A stretch of 42,232 nt of DNA from Eubacteriales bacterium. GTDB taxonomy: Bacteria; Bacillota; Clostridia; Oscillospirales; JAAYXM01. Below the pieces are notes generated by a model. It worked only from the letters and a program-made list of their open reading frames with translations, was not told the DNA's origin and made no database searches. This document shows positions 27,622-36,500 of the stretch, piece by piece. The stretch spans positions 1 to 42,232 of the forward strand of contig JAZSHZ010000094.1 of the NCBI GenBank assembly GCA_045533555.1. Direction: 5' to 3'. Within the stretch, counting starts at the first letter, position 1, and every line of letters starts with the position of its first letter. Both the position numbers and the translations under genes were made by a program.

Positions 27622-29031
27622 ATGGCATATCTTGTCGGCGCCGATATCGGAACGACGTCGCTGAAAATAGCGGTGTTTGATGATAGCGGAAAGCTTTATA
27701 AATCCGCCTCGCGCGATTATACCCTCATAACGAAGGAAGAGCGCGTCGAATTCCCGGCGGAGGATTATTGGAAAATGTTTGAGAGCGCCTATCGCGAGGT
27801 CACGGAGGGGATAACCCCTGCGGCGATTTCGGTCGATACGCAGTGCGAGACGATCATCCTTGCGGACAAGGCGGGAGCTCCGCTTATGAACGCGATCGTC
27901 TGGCTTGATAACCGCGCGGATAAGGAAGCGGCGGAGATTGAGGAGAAATTCGGCAAAAAGCTTGTCTATGAAGTGACGGGTCAGCCCGAGATTACTGCAA
28001 CCTGGCCTGCGGCAAAGCTTTTATGGGTGAAGAAAAATCTCCCCGATGTATTCAGAAGGACGGAGAAAATCTTCCTTCTTGAGGACTACATACTCTTTAA
28101 ACTTACAGGAAAATTCGTGACGGAAAAGACGCTTCAGTCATCAAGCCTCTATTTCGATATAAGAAGCGGAGAATGGTGGAAGGAGATGCTTGAATATATT
28201 GGCATTTCCGAAAGCGTATTCCCCGAAATACACGGAAGCGGAGAGGTCGTCGGCGAATTCGAGGGCGTCAGGGTCGCAACGGGTGTTATTGACCAGATCG
28301 CGGGAGCGATCGGAGCGGGCGTAACGTCAAAGGATGTCATCTCCGAAATGACGGGAACGACGATGGCGATGTTCGTCCCGTGTGACGAAATCCCTGCATA
28401 CAATCCCGAGAGCATCATTCCGTGCCACGTCAACTATGACGGAAAGTATGCGCTTCTTTCGTGGACACCGGCGGCAGGTCTTGCGCTCAAATGGTTCAAA
28501 AACGGTTTCTGCGAGGATCTTGGTTTCAAAGAAATGGATGAGCTTGCCGAGAAGGCGGGCGTCGGTGCGGAAGGGCTCATATTCCTTCCTTATCTCTGCG
28601 GCTCGACGATGCCGAAGTATTCACCGCGCGCAACGGGGTCATTCCTCGGTCTCACCCTCTCGCACACGCGCGCGCATATGATAAGGGCGATTCTGGAGTC
28701 GGTCTCCTGTATGCTCAAAAGCAATATAGATTATCTCGGAATAGAAGCCGATGAGATCCGCGCGACGGGCGGCGGAGCATCAAGCCCGCTCTGGTGTCAG
28801 ATCAAGGCTGATATGACGGGCAGGAAGATAACGACGCTTGAAAATGCCGAGAGCGCCTGCCTCGGAAGCGCAATCGTCGCGGGGGCGGCTGTCGGAATCT
28901 ATGACAGCGTCAAGAGCGCGGCAGATAAAATAGTAAAGACAAAGAAAACGTATATCCCGAGCGGTGAGGACTACACCGCCGTATATAAAAAATTCTGTGA
29001 ATCGGAGGATAAAATGTTATGGGAAAAATAG
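27622..29031 (+). CDS. FGGY-family carbohydrate kinase
   Basis: ADIGTTSLK, IVWLDNRA, DQ, FLPYL.G, ATGGGA.S.LW.QIKAD. Confidence 0.92.
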   Translation: MAYLVGADIGTTSLKIAVFDDSGKLYKSASRDYTLITKEERVEFPAEDYWKMFESAYREVTEGITPAAISVDTQCETIILADKAGAPLMNAIVWLDNRADKEAAEIEEKFGKKLVYEVTGQPEITATWPAAKLLWVKKNLPDVFRRTEKIFLLEDYILFKLTGKFVTEKTLQSSSLYFDIRSGEWWKEMLEYIGISESVFPEIHGSGEVVGEFEGVRVATGVIDQIAGAIGAGVTSKDVISEMTGTTMAMFVPCDEIPAYNPESIIPCHVNYDGKYALLSWTPAAGLALKWFKNGFCEDLGFKEMDELAEKAGVGAEGLIFLPYLCGSTMPKYSPRATGSFLGLTLSHTRAHMIRAILESVSCMLKSNIDYLGIEADEIRATGGGASSPLWCQIKADMTGRKITTLENAESACLGSAIVAGAAVGIYDSVKSAADKIVKTKKTYIPSGEDYTAVYKKFCESEDKMLWEK

Positions 29032-30365
29032 CTTTTGTTGGTTTCGGTGAGGTCAATACACCGAAGGAAGTAATAATCAAAAAATGTGAAGCGGCAGAGA
29101 AGAGCCTTCTTAAGGAAGGTCTTGATCTTGTCTCCGTCTATCCGGTAACGGATGACTATGAAGAAAAGGATATCGCCGCCGCGCTCGAGAAGCTTTCGGG
29201 CAAGGATTATGATGCTATGATCGTCTGCATCGCGGGTTGGATCCCGACTCACGCGGTCGTCAAGATTACCGAGCAGTATCGCCATCTTCCGATGGTGCTC
29301 TGGGGTCTCTGCGGCTGGATAGAGGGCGACCGCCTTGTAACAACTGCAGACCAGGCAGGAACGAGCGCGATAAGAAAGACATTTGCAGATCTCGGTTATA
29401 AGTTCAAGTATGTCTATGATATAATCGGTCTTCCCTCACGCTCTGCGCGCGTTGCATCCTTTGCAAAGGCTGCAAGTGCCGCAAAGGCTCTCCGTTCGGT
29501 CAAGATCGGCCATGCGGGTTATCGCGATATGAACCTCTATGGAACTCTCTTTGACGGCTCATCGCTCAAGAATGTCGTCGGCGCGGAGATCGAGACATTT
29601 GAAATGCTCGAAATCGTCCAGAGATATGAGAAGATAACGGATGCGGAGAAGCAGGCGGTTATCGATGAGCATATGTCAAAGTGGAAGTTCTTAAAGGAAG
29701 CAAAAAAAGAAGGCATGATGATGGCGGCGGGCTACTTCCTCGCAATCGCATCGCTTATCAAGGAGCGCAAATATCTCGCAATATCCTTAAAGGATGTTGA
29801 CGGTATGAAGAAGCTTCTCGGATTCCCGCCTGCACCGATATTCATGCTCCTTTCCGATGTTCTCGGCGTTTCGACGATTCCGGAAAATGACAGCCTCGGA
29901 AATGTTACACAGACTATGATAAAGCTCCTCACGGGTCAGTGCGGCGCATATCTTGAGTTCTATGAATTCTTCACGGACCGCGTCCTCGCAGGCGTTCCCG
30001 ACTATGTCCCCGCAGAGATCACCGAAGGTGACACAACCGTTATGCCTGCGGCATTCGGAGAACTCAGCGAGGGTATTCTCAATGTCTCGAAGGTAAAGAC
30101 AGGCGCGCTCACAATGTGCCGTCTTGTCTATACAAACGGCAAATACTATATGCATATGGTAACAGGCGAAGGTGTAACTCCGCGCAAGTGGGAGGAATGC
30201 GGCTGGACTCAGCCTGCACCGCAGCTTCCGGGTCTCGAAATCATCCTTCCGGATACAGAGAAGTTCTGCGATAACGTAATGTGCCAGCACTATATTATTT
30301 CATACGGTGACAACACTGAAATAATCCGCGACCTCTGCTCGATTCTCGGCATTGAGGTTATCTGA
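29019..30365 (+). CDS. L-fucose/L-arabinose isomerase-family protein
   Basis: overall layout; PENDSLG (E-x-D metal motif); C-terminal CQHYIISYG histidine; context. Confidence 0.7.
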   Translation: MGKIAFVGFGEVNTPKEVIIKKCEAAEKSLLKEGLDLVSVYPVTDDYEEKDIAAALEKLSGKDYDAMIVCIAGWIPTHAVVKITEQYRHLPMVLWGLCGWIEGDRLVTTADQAGTSAIRKTFADLGYKFKYVYDIIGLPSRSARVASFAKAASAAKALRSVKIGHAGYRDMNLYGTLFDGSSLKNVVGAEIETFEMLEIVQRYEKITDAEKQAVIDEHMSKWKFLKEAKKEGMMMAAGYFLAIASLIKERKYLAISLKDVDGMKKLLGFPPAPIFMLLSDVLGVSTIPENDSLGNVTQTMIKLLTGQCGAYLEFYEFFTDRVLAGVPDYVPAEITEGDTTVMPAAFGELSEGILNVSKVKTGALTMCRLVYTNGKYYMHMVTGEGVTPRKWEECGWTQPAPQLPGLEIILPDTEKFCDNVMCQHYIISYGDNTEIIRDLCSILGIEVI

Positions 30366-30380
30366 TAAGAGGAGAAAATT

Positions 30381-31868
30381 ATGGCAGATAAATATTTGAT
30401 CGGTTGGTCGGAAGTCGATATGACTCCCGAAAAGAAAATCAGCCTTGCAGGTCAGTTCTATGAGCGCATTTCCGAATATGTCGAAACTCCGCTCACGGCG
30501 ACGGCAATGGCAATCGCGTCGGGCGATACCCACGTCATCTTCTGCTCGGCGGACCTTGTTTCGGTAAGCCGCAATCTTCTTGCGAAAGTCCGCGCGCTCG
30601 TTTCGGAGAGAAAGCCCGAAATCAACACGGACGCGCTCATCGTCGCCGCAACGCACACGCACACCTCCTTCACCTATACGGACTACGGCGAGGGCGAATC
30701 GACGGGTGCATCGCTTGATATACTCACGCGCTTCATTCCCGAAGGAACAAACTATATCGGCCTCGTTGAGACAACCGACGGCGTTATGACTCCCGAGGAG
30801 GCCTTTGACTTCATTGCGGATAAGATTGCAAAAGCCTGCATCGAAGCTTACGGAAATCTCGCTCCCGCATCGTTTGCAAACGAATTCGGCCGCGCGGCAG
30901 TCGGAATGTGCCGCCGCGTCTGCTATGACGACGGAACGGCGAAGATGTGGGGCGATGCAAAAACCGTCAACTTCACTCATCTTGAGGGCGGCAACGACAA
31001 CGGCATCGAGCTTATCTACACGTTCGATGAGAATGAAAAGCTCACGGGTGTCGTCGCAAACATTGCCTGCCCGTCTCAGGTCGTCGAGCAGAGAAGCTAT
31101 ATCTCATCCGATTATTGGGGCAAGGTAAAGATCCTTCTCCGCGAGAAATACGGCGAGGATATCAAGGTTCTCGGCCTCGGCGGAGCAGGCGGCGACCAGT
31201 GCCCGCGCGATCTCATCCGTTGGGTGGATCCCGAAACTCCGATTGATGACCCGAACGTCATCAGAACGGACGTAACTCCGCGCCGTGCAGACCCGTCTAT
31301 GTATGACATCAAGGGAACCTGGAAAATAGGCAAGAGAATCGTCAACGAAATTTCCGATGTCTATGAGGAGATAGACAGAAAGATTTCCGAGGGTGAGCTC
31401 GTCCATAAGAAATTCAGCCTTGAGCTTCCGCTCCGCCGCGTAACTCCTGCTGAGAAGGCGAATGCAGAGCGCGCAATCCGCGAATTCTTCAAGGAGAACA
31501 CGGGTGATATAAATTATATGGATACCGCGGCAATGCACGTCCATGCGGGAACGCTCGGCAGATATGAATATCAGCAGACTCATAACGTCTGCACGATTGA
31601 GGTTCAGCTTGTCAAATTCGGCAACATCGTCTTTGCGACGAATCCCTATGAGCTTTTCCTTGATTTCGGAAATCAGATCCGCGCGCTCAGCCTTGCGGAG
31701 CAGACCTTCATCGTTCAGCTTTGCAATGGCTGCGCAGGCTATCTTCCGACGAAGAAGGCGGAAGAGGGCGGCCACTACAGCGCATATGTAACGAGCGGTA
31801 CCGTCGGCCACGCGGGCGGAGAGATGCTCGTCAGAAAGACCGTTGATGAGATAAACAAGCTTTTCTAA
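30381..31868 (+). CDS. neutral/alkaline ceramidase-like amidohydrolase, paralogue 1
   Basis: GWSEVDMTP, ATHTHT, GAGGDQ, NPYE, GYLPT...EGGHYS; no signal peptide. Confidence 0.7.
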   Translation: MADKYLIGWSEVDMTPEKKISLAGQFYERISEYVETPLTATAMAIASGDTHVIFCSADLVSVSRNLLAKVRALVSERKPEINTDALIVAATHTHTSFTYTDYGEGESTGASLDILTRFIPEGTNYIGLVETTDGVMTPEEAFDFIADKIAKACIEAYGNLAPASFANEFGRAAVGMCRRVCYDDGTAKMWGDAKTVNFTHLEGGNDNGIELIYTFDENEKLTGVVANIACPSQVVEQRSYISSDYWGKVKILLREKYGEDIKVLGLGGAGGDQCPRDLIRWVDPETPIDDPNVIRTDVTPRRADPSMYDIKGTWKIGKRIVNEISDVYEEIDRKISEGELVHKKFSLELPLRRVTPAEKANAERAIREFFKENTGDINYMDTAAMHVHAGTLGRYEYQQTHNVCTIEVQLVKFGNIVFATNPYELFLDFGNQIRALSLAEQTFIVQLCNGCAGYLPTKKAEEGGHYSAYVTSGTVGHAGGEMLVRKTVDEINKLF

Positions 31869-31885
31869 GTAAGGAGAGAAACAAA

Positions 31886-33370
31886 ATGGCAAATAAATAT
31901 ATGATCGGCTGGTCGGAGGTCGATATGACTCCCGAAAAAAGAATCCGCCTTGCAGGTCAGTTCTATGAGCGCGTTTCCGAATATGTCGAAACTCCGCTTA
32001 CGGCAACGGCAATGGCAATAGCATCGGGCGATACCCACGTCATCATCGTTTCTGCGGACCTTCCGTCCGTCGGGTCAAAGCTCGTTGAGGATGTCCGCGC
32101 ACGCGTTGCGGAGAAAAATCCCGCAATCAATACGGATGCGATAATCATCGCGGCAACGCATACGCATACATCGTTTGTCTATGCTGACCGCTCGGATTCC
32201 GCATCGGGCTCGTCTCTTGAAATCCTCAAAAGCTATATGCCGGAGAATTGCAGATATATCGACCGCGTCCCGACTCCCGAGGATGTTATGAAGCCCGATG
32301 AAGCATCGGAGCTCATCAAAAAGACGATCACCCAAGCCTGCCTTGAGGCGTGGGAAAATATGAAGCCTGCATCGTTTGCAAACGAATTCGGCCGCGCGGC
32401 TGTCGGAATGAACCGCCGCGTCTGCTATGATGACGGAACGGCGAAGATGTGGGGCGATGCAAAAACCGTCAACTTTACGCATCTTGAGGGCGGCAATGAC
32501 AACGGCATCGAGCTTATCTATACGTTCGATGAGAACGACAAGCTCACGGGCGTCGTCGCAAATATTGCGTGTCCGTCTCAGGTCGTCGAGCAGAGAAGCT
32601 ATATCTCGTCCGACTATTGGGGCAAGGTCAAAATCCTTCTCCGCGAAAAGTACGGCGAGGATATCAAGGTTCTCGGCCTTTGCGGAGCAGGCGGTGACCA
32701 GTGCCCGCGCGATCTTATCCGCTGGGTAGACCCGGAAACACCGATCGATGACCCGAATGTCATCAGAACGAATGTAACTCCGCGCCGTGCGGACCCCTCG
32801 ATGTATGATATCAAGGGAACGTGGAAAATCGGCAAGCGAATCGTAAACGAGATTTCCGATGTCTATGAGGAGATTGACAGAAAGATTTCCGAGGGTGAGC
32901 TCGTCCACAAGAAGTTCAGCCTCGAGCTTCCGCTCCGCCGCGTAACTCCCGCGGAGCGCGATGCCGCGGCAAAGGCGATCCGCGATTTCTTCGAGGAGCA
33001 TCCGGGCGATATCAACTATATCGACACCGCGGCAATGCACGTCAATGCCGGAACTCTCGGAAGATATGAATATCAGCAGACTCATAACGTCAGCACGATT
33101 GAGATCCAGATCATAAAGCTCGGTAACATCGTCTTTGCGACGAACCCCTATGAGCTCTTCCTTGACTATGGAAATCAGATCCGCGCTCTCTCGCTTGCGG
33201 AGCAGACCTTCATCGTTCAGCTCTGCAACGGAAGCTCGGGCTATCTCCCGACAAAGAAGGCAGAAGAGGGCGGCCACTACAGCGCATATATATCAAGCGG
33301 TACGGTAGGCCACGCAGGCGGCGAAATGCTCGTCAGAAAAACTGTTGACGAAATAAATAAATTATTCTGA
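31886..33370 (+). CDS. neutral/alkaline ceramidase-like amidohydrolase, paralogue 2
   Basis: same motifs; tandem duplicate of 30381-31868. Confidence 0.7.
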   Translation: MANKYMIGWSEVDMTPEKRIRLAGQFYERVSEYVETPLTATAMAIASGDTHVIIVSADLPSVGSKLVEDVRARVAEKNPAINTDAIIIAATHTHTSFVYADRSDSASGSSLEILKSYMPENCRYIDRVPTPEDVMKPDEASELIKKTITQACLEAWENMKPASFANEFGRAAVGMNRRVCYDDGTAKMWGDAKTVNFTHLEGGNDNGIELIYTFDENDKLTGVVANIACPSQVVEQRSYISSDYWGKVKILLREKYGEDIKVLGLCGAGGDQCPRDLIRWVDPETPIDDPNVIRTNVTPRRADPSMYDIKGTWKIGKRIVNEISDVYEEIDRKISEGELVHKKFSLELPLRRVTPAERDAAAKAIRDFFEEHPGDINYIDTAAMHVNAGTLGRYEYQQTHNVSTIEIQIIKLGNIVFATNPYELFLDYGNQIRALSLAEQTFIVQLCNGSSGYLPTKKAEEGGHYSAYISSGTVGHAGGEMLVRKTVDEINKLF

Positions 33371-33381
33371 AAAATATAGAT

Positions 33382-33426
33382 ATAATGCCATCACACAATA
33401 TGTTGTGGTGGCATTATTTTCTTTTA
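33382..33426 (+). terminator. rho-independent terminator ending the sugar operon
   Basis: ATAATGCCATCACA/TGTGGTGGCATTAT stem followed by TTTCTTTT. Confidence 0.8.
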
Positions 33427-33474
33427 ATATTTTATTAAAAAATGTAAGATATGACGCCCTGGGTTGTTTTTAAA

Positions 33475-33483
33475 TGTTATAAT
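33475..33483 (+). promoter_or_regulatory. extended -10 promoter for the giant lyase gene
   Basis: TG-T-TATAAT with no recognisable -35. Confidence 0.5.
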
Positions 33484-33549
33484 AGTAAAACAAAAAAATG
33501 TGCGGTAAAATAATCACATTGAAATAAAGAAAAAACGGAGGTAAAAAAC

Positions 33550-36500
33550 ATGAAGAAAATGAGTGTGAAACGGGCGTTTGCATTGATTCTCTCGCTCGCA
33601 ATGATGATATCGCTGCTTCCTGCGGTTGCATTCGGAGCAACCGTTGCGCCGATAGTCATTGACTTTACGAAGGCGACTATTGACGGAGGAGGATCTTCGG
33701 TCGCGACGGTTGTTTCGGCAATAAACAGCCCTGAGTTCACATCTGTTGCAGAAGAGTCCTCGGAATACACAGGAGACAATCAGCGAACACATTACTCCAC
33801 AAAAACAGGCGAAAAGCTTCTTCTTGCAGCAATGTCAAGCGGCGGCTGGACATCCTTGAATTGGACAGATGCAAACGCCAATGCGGCAAAAGCAAGATGG
33901 ACGATTGAGTTTTCTGTTCCGACTGCAGGATGGTATTCTGTTGATTTCATAACTGCTCTTTGGTCGGCAGGTGCTGATTTCTATGTCTATGCAGACGGTC
34001 AGTATGCCGGTGTTCTCGAATGCTATGATAAGGAAAAGAGCGATGGCTTTTACAGAAATGATGACAAGCTTGAGAATACCGTCTATCTCACACCCGATGA
34101 AAACGGCAAGATCAGGATGATGTTTGCCATCAAGCGTGCGCCTTATGGACCGGGAAGACTTCTTCTCCATAAAATGACGCTTACATATGTCGGAGAAAAA
34201 CTTTCGTATTCTGCAGCAAGCACAATTCCGTCACAGATTGAGTTTGGAAGTGAGCTCGATTTTGAAGCATTTGCAAAGCTTTCAGACGGAAGCCGCTATG
34301 TAACAAACGGTTATAATGCTGATAGAACTGCAAACAGTGATAAAACAACCGTTTCTGTAAAAAGCGGAACAAGTATCGGAATTACAGAAACCGCAAATGA
34401 AAACGGAATATATTCGGGAAAAGTCACGGCAAAGGAGCTCGGCAAAACAGTGTTTACCGTCACTTCGGTTGTCGGCGGCACAACATACACAAAAGACATT
34501 ACTGTTGAGGTTGTGAATGCAATCACTCCCAAGAAAATCGAGCTTGAGTTTTCAGAAGACACCGTTAATAACGGAGGAACTGCTTTGCCGCTCAAAGAAT
34601 ATACCACAAAAGATACGGCAAACTTCAGCATAGTTCCGGAACTTACATCAACAAAATCGGGCTCGCGTGTTCAATATAAGGTTGAAGCAATGTCAACGAA
34701 AAAGCTTCTTGACATTGCTCCGCGTGCAAACAGCAACCGTACATGGATAGTTGAAAAGCAGAAAAAAGGCAACTATGTAGATGCTATGTTCACAGTTGAA
34801 ACGGAGCTTCTCGTTCCCGGTTGGTATAATTTGTCTCTCCAAGGCGGACTCAGATCCAGCGGTGCAGAGTTTTATGTTTATGTGAACGGTCAGTATGCAG
34901 GTCTTTATAGCTTCTGCGGAGAAGGTAATCCGTTCGCGGCAGGAGAAGTGAAATCGCTCAACTCGCTCTATCTCACACCGGACAAAAACGGTAAGGCCAG
35001 AATCTCTCTCTGTGTTGCAAAAACCCATTATGATACGCCTTATGCGCTTCTCTATAAAATGTGGCTCACTCCCGTTGAGGCAGAGAAGGTCGAATTCAAG
35101 CAATTCACACACAACATCCCCGAAACAGTTTATGTTGGCGATGTTATCAATGCGGAATTCCGCGCAGAGATGAGCGACGGCTCATACCGTCACCTCAACG
35201 GTTATCTCAGTGATGCAACGGCTGATGCAAAGAACTCGATGTCCGTTGCGGTAAAGTCGGGCACCTCTCTCGGCTTTGCAAGCACCTATGATGCGCTTCT
35301 CTCAGACGGCACATACACTGCAACGCTCACTGCAAATGCAGAGGGTGAAACGGTTATGACCGCAACAATTATGATTGATGGCGAAACCTACACACAGGAT
35401 ATTCCGGTCAACGTAAAGCCCGTTCCGAAGCTTTCGGAGGTCGGTGTCAAAACAAACTATAAGAAGATTCTCATCGGAAAGACCGCAAAGGCAAGCTTTG
35501 CGCTTCTCCGCGATGACGGTAAGCCTTATCCGGAAGACGGCGAAAAGACAGTTACATATGAAAGTCTTACACCCGACATTGCAACGGTTGATGCAAACGG
35601 CGTTGTTACGGGTATCGCAGCAGGAACTGCAAAAATCAAAGTAACCGTCGCAACTCCCGATGCAACAGTTTCGGGTGAAGGCGAGATTACGGTTATTGAT
35701 TCCGTTTCCGAAAAAGAGATGGAATTCTCGATAAACACACTTGAGAACGGCAATGCAACAAATCCGAAGACACCGCTCAAGGATTATATCGTCAAGGATG
35801 CCGCAAATTTTGCAATTGTTCCTGAGCTTACCTCCGGGACGGTTGACGGACGCGTTCAGTATACGGTTCCCGAATTCGGGAAGCTTGCGCTCCTCTGTAT
35901 CGGAACGCGCGGATACAGCAATATGACATGGATTCAGTCGGCCGAAAGCACGAATGCAAATGCAAATCCGGCAAACGCAATGTTTACGATTGAAACAGAT
36001 CTTGATGCTCCGGGCTGGTATAACCTCAGAATCCTCGGCGGTGGCTGGAAATCTGCAAGTGAATATTATGTCTATGCAAACGGAAAATATGCAGGTCTCT
36101 ATAATTTCTGGATAGACGGGGCGGACACCTTCGCTTCAACCGGAGAGAAAAAGCTCAACTCACTCTATCTTGAGCCGGATGAAAACGGCAAGGTAAGAAT
36201 TTCATTCTGCGTTGCAAAGACGCATTACAGCACGCCTTACGGTATCCTTTATAAAATGTGGATAACACCGGTTGATGGCGAAGTCACCTTCAAGGGATTT
36301 AAGCATAATGCACCCGAAAAGATTTATCTCGGCGAGAGCACAGATGTTGAAATCCGTGCGGAGATGAGCGACGGTTCATTCCGCCACGTAAACGGATATG
36401 ACTATGCAGCTAAGGCAGATCCCAATAACTCATTCGGCGTAGCTGTCAAGTCGGGCGATTCGCTCAAGATTGAGAGCACATATGATGCTCTTACCTCCGA

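Noticed and set aside
32075-33277. 400-aa antisense ORF, and other long minus-strand ORFs opposite core genes
   Set aside because: These are shadow frames produced by codon bias in the sense genes; no RBS or recognisable motifs.
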